Below are positions 26,517-36,995 of a stretch of 64,000 nucleotides of DNA, piece by piece (positions within the stretch are counted from its first letter, which is position 1; each line of letters starts with the position of its first letter). The notes under the pieces are model-generated. The model saw nothing but the letters and a program-made list of their open reading frames with translations, was not told where the DNA came from and did no database searches. Source of the DNA: Candidatus Woesearchaeota archaeon (GTDB lineage Archaea > Nanobdellota > Nanobdellia > Woesearchaeales > JAGVYF01); the NCBI GenBank assembly GCA_023264635.1, contig JAHFLT010000005.1, positions 4,582 to 68,581 on the forward strand. The letters run 5' to 3'. The position numbers were made by a program, and so were the translations under genes.

Positions 26517-27836
26517 TTGATAGTCCGCATGAGAAGAGGTTTGCTGACGTTGCTTTTTGCTTCTGCTGTCTACGCCGGACCCTATGAGGACTTCCAGTCA
26601 GAGCTTATAATTCTTAATAAGAGGACTAAAGTGACCCACTCCAATGAGTGTGATGTGCACATTAAAATCAAAGAAGTTATTGGGTTTGAGGTAAAGCAGT
26701 ATTATGAAAAAGAGAGGAACGAGAAAGATAAGAACGATTCCCGCAAATCATGGTATATGGAGATAGATGCGCTGAACAAGGCAGTGCAAGAGAACTATTC
26801 TCAGAACTTTGGTATATGCATTGATATTGTGTGTGTGGAAGAGTGGAAGCATGAACCATCGCTTACATTAGAGACATTGATGCAGGAAGCAATGTTCATC
26901 CCGCCTAAAGAGGCGCAAGCTGTTGTGGGATTGACAAGGCTCAAAGCGCTGCTCACATCAACAGTCGGTAGGGCTGAACCTCTTGGTAATTATATGGTCA
27001 TTCGTGTTGGTAAAGAAGATGGACGTACAATATACCTTCACGAATTTGCTCACCTTCTTGGTGCGCAGCACGTGAATGACCAGAAATCCATCATGTACGA
27101 ACAAGAATCGGGCTCACTGCATTGGGACAGGACGAGCAAGAAAATAATCATCTCAAACAAAAATCGATCGTGGGAGTTGGATGAGACTAAAGTCGGGCTG
27201 CACAAATGCGCCTTGCATCTAGATGAAAAGTCCCTTAAACAACTGAAAAGCATCTATCGCTTGTTCGGACTACAAAATCTTGTTCAGGATAAACACAAGC
27301 TGTGGCAGACTGCAGAGGAAAGAACATCTCAGCTTCTTGCATCCTACCCCAAGGAAGGGCATCTGCACTTTCTCCAGAGCGAGCTTTATGAGCAGCTTGG
27401 GAAAAATGAAGAATCAATGGGGGAGCTGGAAAAAGCATTAGCGTTCGGCACGGACTATGCAGTCCTACAAAACAATCTCGCATACTATTATTCTGAAAAG
27501 AATCCGGAAAGAGCGCTGAAATTGGCACAAAGCGCTGTGAACAAAAAACCAAATGATGAGTTTCGTGAGACACTTGGGTGGGCTTATTACAATAACGGAT
27601 GCTACAACGAGGCAGAACAAGAACTCATCAAAATAAAATCCCTCGAGAAAAATGCCGAGTACCAATATCATCTCGGCATGACATATGACAAACTTAATAA
27701 GTGGGAAAAGGCAAAAGACGCTCTAAGAAAAGTAATCACACTCGATAAGGGAAAACTCAGGCAATTTGCAGACAAGAAACTAAAAGCGTATGAATATGAA
27801 GAAAATTCTGATGAAAAGCAAAATAAGGATGAATAA
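26517..27836 (+). CDS. Secreted metzincin-type zinc metalloprotease with C-terminal TPR repeats
   Basis: Signal peptide MRRGLLTLLFASAVYA. HEFAHLLGAQH matches HExxHxxGxxH. C-terminal repeats such as AYYYSEKNPERALKLAQSAV are TPR-like. Confidence 0.6.
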   Translation: MIVRMRRGLLTLLFASAVYAGPYEDFQSELIILNKRTKVTHSNECDVHIKIKEVIGFEVKQYYEKERNEKDKNDSRKSWYMEIDALNKAVQENYSQNFGICIDIVCVEEWKHEPSLTLETLMQEAMFIPPKEAQAVVGLTRLKALLTSTVGRAEPLGNYMVIRVGKEDGRTIYLHEFAHLLGAQHVNDQKSIMYEQESGSLHWDRTSKKIIISNKNRSWELDETKVGLHKCALHLDEKSLKQLKSIYRLFGLQNLVQDKHKLWQTAEERTSQLLASYPKEGHLHFLQSELYEQLGKNEESMGELEKALAFGTDYAVLQNNLAYYYSEKNPERALKLAQSAVNKKPNDEFRETLGWAYYNNGCYNEAEQELIKIKSLEKNAEYQYHLGMTYDKLNKWEKAKDALRKVITLDKGKLRQFADKKLKAYEYEENSDEKQNKDE

Positions 27837-27857
27837 AGAGGGATGAATAGCTCAGCT

Positions 27858-28220
27858 CTACAAACCCGTAATCCCTTCTTTCGTCACTGCAACTAATCTG
27901 AAAGACAGACCAGCTTGCATCACGCCAGCAAGCATTGCCATGTGTTCCTTTCCCGTGCCAGATACAAAATTCAGCCCGACTTCACCATACTCTTTTCCCA
28001 ACCCTTTCTTTATGGAACTAATCATTTCCTGTACAGGCCAGTTTTCATTTATGATAATGAATTCATGCGGCTTGTCGCACGTGAATTTTTCTTTGCCTTG
28101 CAAAGTAGTGATGATGTATGCTTTCTCCCAATCAACATCTTCTATCAGTTTGGCAACATGATTCCATGAACCTGCTGTGAGAAGAGCGACGAGTTTGACC
28201 ACGAAAAAAAGCAGAATCAA
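27858..28220 (-). CDS. Hypothetical protein
   Basis: ORF only. No recognisable family. Confidence 0.3.
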   Translation of the reverse strand: MILLFFVVKLVALLTAGSWNHVAKLIEDVDWEKAYIITTLQGKEKFTCDKPHEFIIINENWPVQEMISSIKKGLGKEYGEVGLNFVSGTGKEHMAMLAGVMQAGLSFRLVAVTKEGITGL

Positions 28221-28256
28221 TTGCTATTTAAAGATTGCCAAGAGTTGTTTTATTAC

Positions 28257-28658
28257 TTACGCTATTTGTTTAAGGTCTCCGTAGAGAATATGCGGTTTTG
28301 TAGCTGCAATCTCATCAGTATAACTAAGATGCGGAATTGGGTTAAGGAGAAATATCTTTTTGTCCAAAACATATGCAAAGCCGATTTCTATTAACGTGCT
28401 ACCACCAACATAATTAGGAACATTATTTTTATCGTAATTAAGGACAAGAACTGCGTCATGACATGAAATAACTCCATAATACTCCTTGAGAGCATCGCGA
28501 TCTATCTTTTTCCATTTGTCTTCTACAGTAACTATACTGAGGATAAAGCGCTCAAGGTCTCCGGGGGTTTGAACTGTATGGCCAAGCTCTTCAAGCAACT
28601 TTTTTGTAGTATGCATCTCATTGGCAAAAGCCATGCTTCCGCAGATTGCAATTTTCAT
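28257..28658 (-). CDS. Nucleoside 2-deoxyribosyltransferase-like protein
   Basis: MKIAICGS N-terminus, plus GGSTLIEIGFAYVLDKKIFLL. Confidence 0.5.
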   Translation of the reverse strand: MKIAICGSMAFANEMHTTKKLLEELGHTVQTPGDLERFILSIVTVEDKWKKIDRDALKEYYGVISCHDAVLVLNYDKNNVPNYVGGSTLIEIGFAYVLDKKIFLLNPIPHLSYTDEIAATKPHILYGDLKQIA

Positions 28659-28711
28659 TTAATGCGAGGTTTGAATAACATTTATAAACCCCTTGCTTTT
28701 TCTCAGTAACT

Positions 28712-29512
28712 ATGTCGAAGTCAAAGAGACAGATAAAAGCAAAGCCTTTGGTGAAAGCCTTAAAGAAGAGCTGGTATTCACTCGTCGCTCCAGCGCTCTT
28801 TAACAAGCAAATCCTAGGTCAGTCACTCGTGGCCGAACCCACACAGCTGTTGAATAAAGTGATAGTCGCTAATGCAATGAACCTAACAGGAGACATGAAG
28901 AAACAACAAGTTACCGTGACGTTTAATGTCGATGAAATTAAAGATGGGCAGGGGCTAACTTCAGTCATTGCATTTGAAATCAATTCTGCATACATCAAAA
29001 GGCTCGTCAGACGAAATAGGAATAAGCTAGACATGTCCTTCAATGCCACTACTAAGGATAATATACGCATGCGCGTTAAGCCCGTCCTCTTCACTAAGAC
29101 AAAAACATCCAGTGGTATTTGTGCGGCTCTCAGAAAAAAGACGCATGACTTCTTACTAAAACAACTAAAAACGATGACTTTTGAGGAGATTATACAGGAT
29201 TTACTCTTAGCGAGACTTCAAATCGCTATACGCAATGAGGTGAAAACGATTTACCCGGTTAAAAATGCAGAGATTAGGATGTTGCTGCGGGAGCAAACAA
29301 GGGAAAAAACAGAAACAACATCACCTCATGAAACAAAACAAGAAGCAGTAATAGCAGAGTCTCAAGGTGAAGTAAAAGACATCAAGGTTCCAAAGCGCAG
29401 GGCGAAACCAAAGAAAGAAGAACTAAAAAATGAAGCAAAAGAAGAAATAATGCCTGATGCAGCTAAGGAAGTGCGGGATGTGCAATTTCTGGTTCCACCA
29501 GCAGCAGAATGA
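28712..29512 (+). CDS. rps3ae: 30S ribosomal protein S3Ae (S1e)
   Basis: WYSLVAPALFNKQILGQSLVAEP...VTVTFNVDEIKDGQG matches S3Ae. Lys-rich C-terminal tail. Confidence 0.85.
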   Translation: MSKSKRQIKAKPLVKALKKSWYSLVAPALFNKQILGQSLVAEPTQLLNKVIVANAMNLTGDMKKQQVTVTFNVDEIKDGQGLTSVIAFEINSAYIKRLVRRNRNKLDMSFNATTKDNIRMRVKPVLFTKTKTSSGICAALRKKTHDFLLKQLKTMTFEEIIQDLLLARLQIAIRNEVKTIYPVKNAEIRMLLREQTREKTETTSPHETKQEAVIAESQGEVKDIKVPKRRAKPKKEELKNEAKEEIMPDAAKEVRDVQFLVPPAAE

Positions 29513-29555
29513 CTATTTAGTAATCATTTAATACAAACTTTTTTTTATCTTACTC

Positions 29556-30212
29556 ATGAGGATTATTGGGATTGATGAAGCGGGAAGGGGACCTGTTATT
29601 GGTCCTTTTGTCATGTGCGGCGTGCAACTTCTGGAAGAGGATAACAGCAAACTGCAAGCGATGGGCGTCAAAGATAGCAAACAACTGACAAAGAAAAGAC
29701 GGGAATTCCTCTTCGCCGAGATTAAAACGGTTATAGAAAATCACACATTAGTCATCATCACTCCTGAAGAGATCGATACGTTCATGAGGAAAGGAGTCTC
29801 TCTAAACGACATCGAAGCGAAAGCAACAGGAGAGATTCTTTCTGCACTGAGCGGAGATAAAGCATATATTGATTGCCCAAGTGTTAATGCCAGGAAATAT
29901 GCTGCGCAACTTAAGGCAAAACTGGACAAAAAAATGGAACTGGTTGTTGAACACAAAGCAGATGAGACGTATGTGTGCGTTGGCGGTGCGTCTATTTTGG
30001 CGAAAGTCGTTAGAGATAGAGAAATCGAGAAATTACAAAAAGAATATGGTGATTTTGGTTCTGGTTATCCAAGTGATCCCAAGACAAAACAATTTCTTCA
30101 GAAAAATGTGGATAAGTACCCGCACATTTTTAGGCATTTGTGGGAACCATGGGAAAGAGCTGCGGAAGAGAAAGTACAGCGGCGGTTACACGAATTTCGA
30201 GAAGAACAATAG
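29556..30212 (+). CDS. rnhB: Ribonuclease HII
   Basis: MRIIGIDEAGRGPVIGPFVMCGV. Catalytic D/E pattern, with D in ADETYVCVGGASILAK. Confidence 0.85.
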   Translation: MRIIGIDEAGRGPVIGPFVMCGVQLLEEDNSKLQAMGVKDSKQLTKKRREFLFAEIKTVIENHTLVIITPEEIDTFMRKGVSLNDIEAKATGEILSALSGDKAYIDCPSVNARKYAAQLKAKLDKKMELVVEHKADETYVCVGGASILAKVVRDREIEKLQKEYGDFGSGYPSDPKTKQFLQKNVDKYPHIFRHLWEPWERAAEEKVQRRLHEFREEQ

Positions 30213-30791
30213 AAGCACGCCGCCAAACATCATTGTCCCCCACATACGTCTATCCCAGACGAAAACCTTGGCACCATCAAAAAGCCCAAAGGGAAGGAGA
30301 TTAAAAATCACTAAAAGTGCATTGATATAAGTGCCATAATGGAACAACGGTTGCAGAATACCTTTACCAGATAATAATCCTACCACCAAAAAGAATAATG
30401 CCAATACGAGATTGACAAGAGGTCCTGCACTCGCGATCTTTCCATTCGCAATGCGATTGACATAGCCAGAAATAATTACTGCTCCCGGTGCTGCAAAGAC
30501 AAATCCAGTGAACGAGAAAAGGACAGAAATGAGAAGCATTTCCCTGAATGCACGAAACTCTGCAAAACAGCCGTATCGCTGTGCAACAACTTTATGTGCC
30601 AGCTCATGCAGCAAAAAACTTACACCAATTGTTGCACTGGCGAATATGAACGCACTAATGAATGCAAATGAAAATACAAATTGGTTGGTAAATAGTATTG
30701 CAAAAGCGAGAGATAACACAAACCAGGCAAGCGTTATTTCGTGGAGCTCTATCGATGATGTTGTGATGCCAAAAAAACGGTAGTTAACCAT
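30186..30791 (-). CDS. Site-2-protease-like M50 family membrane metalloprotease
   Basis: HELAHKVVAQRYG (HExxH) and NLLPFGLFDGAKV (the LDG motif). Multiple TM helices. Confidence 0.7.
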   Translation of the reverse strand: MVNYRFFGITTSSIELHEITLAWFVLSLAFAILFTNQFVFSFAFISAFIFASATIGVSFLLHELAHKVVAQRYGCFAEFRAFREMLLISVLFSFTGFVFAAPGAVIISGYVNRIANGKIASAGPLVNLVLALFFLVVGLLSGKGILQPLFHYGTYINALLVIFNLLPFGLFDGAKVFVWDRRMWGTMMFGGVLLLFFSKFV

Positions 30792-30868
30792 GAAACTTAT
30801 TAACTTACTATTCTATATAAAAGTTTGTGGCAGGTAATCTTATAAGGAGATGCCGGTCTAAGTGATAC

Positions 30869-31141
30869 ATGTTACTTCTTCGTTTACTTGGAGTGCTGGA
30901 TGTGCTTGTTGCTATCAGCATTGCGTTGTATGCAAAGGAATTTATGCCATGGAACGTAATCATTCTCAGTATCATTTATCTTGCGGGAAAAACCATAGTA
31001 TTCCACAAAGATATTGCCAGCTTACTTGATGGATTTGTGGTAATAGTGCTTGTCTTGCAGCTCATCGGCATAGCTAATGATATTCTTTTGTTTATTTGTA
31101 TCCTCTATTTGCTCCAGAAAGCACTGCGTTCATTCACGTGA
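30869..31141 (+). CDS. Small hypothetical membrane protein
   Basis: ORF only, 2-3 TM helices. Confidence 0.3.
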   Translation: MLLLRLLGVLDVLVAISIALYAKEFMPWNVIILSIIYLAGKTIVFHKDIASLLDGFVVIVLVLQLIGIANDILLFICILYLLQKALRSFT

Positions 31142-31159
31142 AAACTTCTCAAAATGCTC

Positions 31160-31897
31160 TTATCTAATATTCTTTTCAATGAGCCAATACCCAATCCACG
31201 CACAAAGCGCGAAGAGTCCTGTAATCATAAGAAGCCAGAGCACAGATAACTGGGTAGAGAGCAGCAGTGAGAAGATTAATACAGTTGAAAAGAATGCAAC
31301 ATAATCAGTTCGAGATGCGAAGAAAAGATGCAACCCATCAGCTGTTGGCACTGGTAACGACATGGCTATGGCTATCATGAGATTAATGATCGCGAGGTCT
31401 TGTACTAATGCTAGATGTATAAAATTCCAGATGAGCCTAAGTACCAATGCAAACACCAAATTGGTTACGGAACCAACAACAGCAGTCCAACCAAGATGAT
31501 AAAATCTGAATCCCGGTCTGCGTCCAAAACGTAGTTCCTGGACAGGGTCCATTTGTATTGAGCCATAAAGAGGCAAGACCAAATAGCCAGCAGTTATAAA
31601 ACAAAGGACAAGGGAAACAATAAGAGACGGAATTTCTACAGACCACTTAACAGTATAACCCATGTAAAGACCAGATATCTTCTGGCTGAACAAATGGGTA
31701 GCGACAGCAAGCAGGGAGAGCAGAGAAGCTACTGCCATAGCCATAAGACCTGCTGAAATATCTGGAGTTCCTTCACCCCATTTGCGAAAAGAGAACATGA
31801 AACCTAAAAACAGAGCAGCAACAAGTAATCCATACCACTCCTTCTCAGAGAGAGAGAGATGTTTTCTGAACATATGTCTCCTCTGAGATTTCCACAC
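31160..31897 (-). CDS. M50-like polytopic membrane protein lacking the HExxH zinc motif
   Basis: LPVPTADGLHLFF resembles the M50 LDG region, but no HExxH is found. 6 or more TM helices. Confidence 0.4.
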   Translation of the reverse strand: MWKSQRRHMFRKHLSLSEKEWYGLLVAALFLGFMFSFRKWGEGTPDISAGLMAMAVASLLSLLAVATHLFSQKISGLYMGYTVKWSVEIPSLIVSLVLCFITAGYLVLPLYGSIQMDPVQELRFGRRPGFRFYHLGWTAVVGSVTNLVFALVLRLIWNFIHLALVQDLAIINLMIAIAMSLPVPTADGLHLFFASRTDYVAFFSTVLIFSLLLSTQLSVLWLLMITGLFALCAWIGYWLIEKNIR

Positions 31898-31949
31898 TTT
31901 TAAAGGTATGGCGAAATCTTTATAAACACGGCACTATGTTCAGGTACTT

Positions 31950-32060
31950 GGACGGTCATAGGGGCTTGGTTCACCCGATCCCATTCCGAACTCGGACGTT
32001 AAGCAAGCCTCCGTACCGGTAAGTACTTTACTCAGTAGGGGAAAGCTGGTAAGCTGTCCA
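31950..32060 (+). rRNA. rrf: 5S ribosomal RNA
   Basis: CACCCGATCCCATTCCGAACTCGGACGTTAAGC matches the universal 5S loop B/helix III/loop C core. Terminal helix I is ggacgg...ctgtcc. TATA-like tttataaa about 25 nt upstream. No 16S/23S adjacent. Confidence 0.75.
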
Positions 32061-32174
32061 CTCACATTCTCCCTTTACTACATTCTCCCGTAAGCATATT
32101 CTTCACTCAGCTATTCTTCCACAACTTACACAAAGATTAAATAATGCTGTGCACTGCCCGAGTAACACTTACCT

Positions 32175-33479
32175 ATGAAATCTATTGCAATTCTTGGAAC
32201 AGGATATGTTGGACTTGTTACAGGTACTTGTTTTGCGGATTTGGGCAATAAAGTGACGTGCATCGATATCATTGAGGAAAAAATAAGAATGCTTTGCCAG
32301 GGAAAGAGCCCAATTTATGAACCTGGTTTAGAAGAGCTTATTCTGAAGAATGTAAAACATGGTAAACTGTCATTTACAACAGATGCGGACCGAGCCATAA
32401 AAAACTCAGAGATTGTCTTTATCTGCCTCCCCACACCTTCTTTACCAGATGGACATTGTGACACGTCTTACGTCCTTGGAGCAGCAGAAACCATCGGTAA
32501 GGCAATAGACAACTACAAAATAATAGTCAATAAGTCTACTTGCCCACCAGGTACTGCGCGACAACTGGAAAATGAAATATGTAAGTATACTTCTCAGCTA
32601 TTCGCTGTAGCCACCAATCCCGAATTTCTGAAAGAAGGATCTGCTGTTATCGATTTTATGAAACCAGACAGAGTGGTCCTAGGTACAGAGAACCCATCTG
32701 TTGAAAAAATACTTCGGCAATTATATGAGGCAGTGACCATCAACGGGCATCCTATTACTGTTATGAAAAGAGAAAGTGCTGAAATGGTAAAGTATGCCAG
32801 CAATGCGCTCTTAGCGGTGAGAATATCTTTCATCAATGAGATAGCTGAAAGCTGTGAACATTGTGGAGCTGATATCAAAGAGGTTGTTGATGGTATGACA
32901 AGCGATCCACGGATAGGACCCCATTTCCTGCATGCTGGCCCAGGTTACGGTGGTTCATGTTTTCCAAAAGACACACTCGCACTGGTAGCATGCAGTAAAG
33001 ATATGGGTGTCTCTTCAAAGATTACTGAAGCTGCTTACATAGTAAACACTGAGCATAAGCTCTATGCCGCAAAAAAGATAGAAATATCTATTGCGGGTCT
33101 CGAAGGAAAAAAAATCGGTATATGGGGACTTGCATTCAAAGCAAACACGGATGACATACGTGAAAGCCCTGCATTGACAATAGTGCCTTATCTCATTGAA
33201 CGAGGGGCCCACATTCATGCTAATGATCCACAGGCTATGGAAAATGCCAAGAGATTTCTTTCGCCAACGGTTGCTTATCATACTAATCTATACGACGTCT
33301 GCAAAGGAAGCGATGTGCTCGTTTTGCTTACGGAATGGAATGATTACAAGGACCCCGACTTTGCGCTGATAAAGAAACTTATGAAAACACCTGCGATTGT
33401 TGATTTAAGAAATCTTTATTACCGTAAAAAAACAGATCTGCAATCACTTGGATTCCAGTATACAGGCATGGGAACATGA
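32175..33479 (+). CDS. ugd: UDP-glucose 6-dehydrogenase
   Basis: N-terminal IAILGTGYVGLVTGTCFADLGNKVTCID Rossmann, and catalytic GGSCFPKD. Confidence 0.85.
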   Translation: MKSIAILGTGYVGLVTGTCFADLGNKVTCIDIIEEKIRMLCQGKSPIYEPGLEELILKNVKHGKLSFTTDADRAIKNSEIVFICLPTPSLPDGHCDTSYVLGAAETIGKAIDNYKIIVNKSTCPPGTARQLENEICKYTSQLFAVATNPEFLKEGSAVIDFMKPDRVVLGTENPSVEKILRQLYEAVTINGHPITVMKRESAEMVKYASNALLAVRISFINEIAESCEHCGADIKEVVDGMTSDPRIGPHFLHAGPGYGGSCFPKDTLALVACSKDMGVSSKITEAAYIVNTEHKLYAAKKIEISIAGLEGKKIGIWGLAFKANTDDIRESPALTIVPYLIERGAHIHANDPQAMENAKRFLSPTVAYHTNLYDVCKGSDVLVLLTEWNDYKDPDFALIKKLMKTPAIVDLRNLYYRKKTDLQSLGFQYTGMGT

Positions 33480-34468
33480 AAGCAATAATTCCTCTTGCGG
33501 GTCTTGGGAAACGCCTTAGACCGCATACGCATACAAAACCAAAGCCCTTGGTGCATGTAGCAGGAAAACCTCTCCTGGGACATCTTCTTGATCAGCTTCT
33601 GCCATACAAAATAGAGGAATATGTTTTCGTCATCGGCTACTTAGGTGAACAAGTCAAAGAATACGTTCACCAGAATTATACCATCAATACAGCTTTTTAC
33701 GAACAGACAGAGTTGAATGGACAAGCAGGTGCTGTTTACCTTGCAAAGGAACGTGTCAAGAGAGATGCTCTTATCATATTTGGAGATACTCTTTTTGACC
33801 ATCGAGAGACGGGATTTGATGCATTGGAAAGCATAGTAGAAGATGGATTACTGTATGTGAAAGAAGTCGATGACCCGAGACGCTTCGGTGTCATTGTAAC
33901 AGATGAAAACGGAAGGGTAACACAGCTTGTGGAAAAACCAAAGAATCCCCCATCCAAATTGGTCAATGTTGGATTGTATTATATCAAACACATGGAAAAA
34001 CTATATGCCTCAATCGATCAGCTCATGGCGCGCCAGAACGAAGGGGAACTCTATCTCCTCGATGCTTTCGGAATTCTCCTTTCACAGGGTCTGCAGTTCA
34101 CAACAAGACCTATTAAAAGCTGGCTTGATTGTGGTACCCGCGAAAGCTTGTTAGAGACAAACAGGGTGCTTCTTTCAGAGAGAACACAAATGGATGGAGA
34201 GATGCAGAATAGCTGCATTATTCCACCAGTTTTTATAGATAAAGGTGCACGCATCATCCATTCTGTTATTGGACCATATGTTTCAGTGGGAAACAACGTA
34301 GAGATTGTAGACAGTAGAATTACAAATAGCATCATCAATCCCTATGCACGCGTCCACAAAACGATAATAGAAGACACAATCATCGGTGAGAGAGCATCTG
34401 TAATGCTAAATAGCTCTCAACTTGATGTTGGCGATGACTGTCAGATTGGATTTTATAAAGACATTTGA
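33476..34468 (+). CDS. Sugar-phosphate nucleotidyltransferase with a C-terminal left-handed beta-helix (GlmU/GMP-like)
   Basis: MKAIIPLAGLGKRLRPHTHTKPKPL, and C-terminal hexapeptide repeats. Confidence 0.7.
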   Translation: MKAIIPLAGLGKRLRPHTHTKPKPLVHVAGKPLLGHLLDQLLPYKIEEYVFVIGYLGEQVKEYVHQNYTINTAFYEQTELNGQAGAVYLAKERVKRDALIIFGDTLFDHRETGFDALESIVEDGLLYVKEVDDPRRFGVIVTDENGRVTQLVEKPKNPPSKLVNVGLYYIKHMEKLYASIDQLMARQNEGELYLLDAFGILLSQGLQFTTRPIKSWLDCGTRESLLETNRVLLSERTQMDGEMQNSCIIPPVFIDKGARIIHSVIGPYVSVGNNVEIVDSRITNSIINPYARVHKTIIEDTIIGERASVMLNSSQLDVGDDCQIGFYKDI

Positions 34469-35364
34469 ACGTCAGATTATCACTCATATATTCACGAGTG
34501 GTTTTTTGTGCTAAATATTTATATAGAATTTACACTATCAGCCGATTGATGAATAAAGAAAAACTTGTTTTATTCTACCAGCAGGGGTGGGAGTGTGAAT
34601 GGGCAGGAAAGTTGGACAAGAATTATTACCCGAGAACAAAGACCTATGAGAATAGGATGCTGGATACGCTTTCTTTCATTTATGAGAAGGAAGATTCGAC
34701 ATTCACCGTCCTAGATGTCGGATGCGGGATTGGGATATATTCATTTGCTCTCTTGTCACGATTCAAAAATGCACATGTCGTGGGAATAGATTTATCACAG
34801 AAACAGATAGATTTTATTAGCGAACAGGCAAAGAGATTCTCATTTAAAGACAGAGGTACATTTCTACAAGCAGATGCGGAAAATTTCTCGCTAAAGAGTA
34901 AATTTGATTACATCATCTGTACTGAACTGCTTGAACATCTGCCTGATCCCCGAAAGGCGCTAAAAAATATTCTCCTTCATGGACATAAAAGGACAAAATT
35001 CATCTTCTCGGTTCCACATATCTACGGTGCTGGAGCTTCGGGGTGGTTCTTTAGGCAATACCGCAAAGATAATGACTGGATTGAAACACAAAAAAAAGAG
35101 GACATAGACTTCTCGAAGCCATATTACGAGTTTTATCATCATGAGTATGTGCTAGAAGAAGCAAAAAAACTACTGGAAGAAAGTGGATTTGTTGTTGAAA
35201 AGGCAGTTTTCTGTAATTTTAATTTCAAAAACAGATACATTACCTATGCATATTCGCAAATTTCTACAAGAAGTATTGACATGCTCTTCAACCGATTGAC
35301 CAACAATAAGAGAGCATCACAGATTACGCTACTCTGTTCATCTGAAAAACCGGTGAATAGCTAA
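34465..35364 (+). CDS. Class I SAM-dependent methyltransferase
   Basis: VLDVGCGIGIYSF motif I. Likely start is MNKEKLV at about 34549. Confidence 0.65.
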   Translation: MNVRLSLIYSRVVFCAKYLYRIYTISRLMNKEKLVLFYQQGWECEWAGKLDKNYYPRTKTYENRMLDTLSFIYEKEDSTFTVLDVGCGIGIYSFALLSRFKNAHVVGIDLSQKQIDFISEQAKRFSFKDRGTFLQADAENFSLKSKFDYIICTELLEHLPDPRKALKNILLHGHKRTKFIFSVPHIYGAGASGWFFRQYRKDNDWIETQKKEDIDFSKPYYEFYHHEYVLEEAKKLLEESGFVVEKAVFCNFNFKNRYITYAYSQISTRSIDMLFNRLTNNKRASQITLLCSSEKPVNS

Positions 35365-36774
35365 CTCTTTGAAGAATGGTATCTCTGAGTTGAAGTATTT
35401 TGAAAAAAAGATTCCACAACTATAAAACATAATTGCGAGTGGAATCAAAATAATAAGAGGAACATGGCTTTGCAGAAGATAAATGAGTAACGCTGTAGCG
35501 ATGCTTGCAAGCAACGGTATTTTCAGCAAGGGGAAAAAATGGTGTGGATATCCGTCATTTGCCAGCATTCTGGCACTATAAAAATAAAACAATAGCTCAA
35601 CAAGACCTGCAACCATAGCTGCACCAAGCATACCTGTGGAAGCGATTAGAAACCAGTCGAGAACTAACGTGAGTATGCCCACCATTACCAGACCTCGTAT
35701 GAGTTTATACTCCTTATTCATTGCAATAAGAGCCAGTGAAGTCAGATAAGTGAGATACTGAAAAAATAATTTAATTCCCAGAACGGACAACACCAATGCT
35801 GCCATTGCATATGCAGCACCATAAACAACAGACAAAATGGTCTTGCTCAAGACAATAACCATAGCAGCTAAGATAATACCTGTCGCCAACAAGAATTTTG
35901 TGGAGAGCATATATGCTTTCTTCGCTTTTTCAGCTGATTCATGTTGTGAGAATATCGGGAGAATTACTAATGCATAAACTGAAGGGAGAATGGCAAATAA
36001 TGCTACTATAGTTGAGGCAGCACTATAAATTCCAACATCGGCATCCCCACGCAGATAGGATAACAGCGTCACATCAATTTTGACATAGAATAGACCAAAG
36101 AAGTAAAACAAGAATAGCGGAAACCCTTTATGAAGCATCGACCACATTATGGCCTTTGAAAATGCAACCGGTGGGTGGAAAAACCATAAAATTGTACTGC
36201 TATTGATGAGAGCACGAACCAAACCGGCAACCACATACGCAATTAGCAGATATAAGAAAGATTTGCCTTGCAGCAAAAAAACAATACCCATGCCAGAGAT
36301 AATCAGCTTTTCTATCACCATGCTAACTGACTCTATCCCGGCAAGATCAACCGTTACAAGGATGTTACGAAAAAACCATGAATAAGAATCCAGAATGCAG
36401 TAGATACTTGCAAGCACTACAGCATACACAATTTCAAGGGGATAATGAGAATATGACATTACCCCTATGATTACGGCTAAGACTAAGAAAGAGAAGATAA
36501 ATTTGACGAGGCAGACATTCCAAAACAGAGATGGCAACTCTTCCCGATTTCTTGCAATCTCCCGAGCAGCCAACACAGCAAGACCCATATCTGTAAAAGC
36601 ATAAAAGAGCAGTGGCAGCGCAAGCGCAAATGAATAGTGTCCAAAACCGGCAGTCCCCAGCATGCGCGCAGCAGCTATTCCAATGAAGAATAACAAAGCC
36701 TTACTGATTATTTCTCCGACTATCAATAAAGTGGTTTTCCTGGCAATATTTCTGACGACACTCATAAAATGCAC
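35338..36774 (-). CDS. Polysaccharide/oligosaccharide flippase (Wzx/MOP family)
   Basis: About 12-14 TM helices and an N-terminus typical of Wzx (KTTLLIVGEIISKALLFFIGIAAARMLG). Confidence 0.7.
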   Translation of the reverse strand: MHFMSVVRNIARKTTLLIVGEIISKALLFFIGIAAARMLGTAGFGHYSFALALPLLFYAFTDMGLAVLAAREIARNREELPSLFWNVCLVKFIFSFLVLAVIIGVMSYSHYPLEIVYAVVLASIYCILDSYSWFFRNILVTVDLAGIESVSMVIEKLIISGMGIVFLLQGKSFLYLLIAYVVAGLVRALINSSTILWFFHPPVAFSKAIMWSMLHKGFPLFLFYFFGLFYVKIDVTLLSYLRGDADVGIYSAASTIVALFAILPSVYALVILPIFSQHESAEKAKKAYMLSTKFLLATGIILAAMVIVLSKTILSVVYGAAYAMAALVLSVLGIKLFFQYLTYLTSLALIAMNKEYKLIRGLVMVGILTLVLDWFLIASTGMLGAAMVAGLVELLFYFYSARMLANDGYPHHFFPLLKIPLLASIATALLIYLLQSHVPLIILIPLAIMFYSCGIFFSKYFNSEIPFFKELAIHRFFR

Positions 36775-36848
36775 AAACTTTTTATACCATTTAAAGTTTT
36801 GTGCAGTTTTGTGCTTTTCTTAGAGATGATTGAGAAAAGGAGATAATT

Positions 36849-36995
36849 GGGGCTACATCCGAAAAAGCGCTCAGCAGCTTAAGGTCGAGGCTTAGCAGTA
36901 GCCCATTTTGCGCTGACAAAGGGTAACATCCGGGAAATGCAAAGAAGCCATAGGCTTCTTGCACAAGGAGAAACGCTGTTCTCCTTTGTGTCAGC
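36849..36995. ncRNA. Candidate structured non-coding RNA: nested strong stems in a 400-bp non-coding gap
   Basis: Stem ggggctac(36849)...gtagccc(36903). Stem gcgctgacaaagg(36910)...cctttgtgtcagc(36995) encloses the hairpins gcaaagaagcc-ata-ggcttcttgc and ggagaa-acgctg-ttctcc. No ORF. Strand unknown. Confidence 0.3.
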
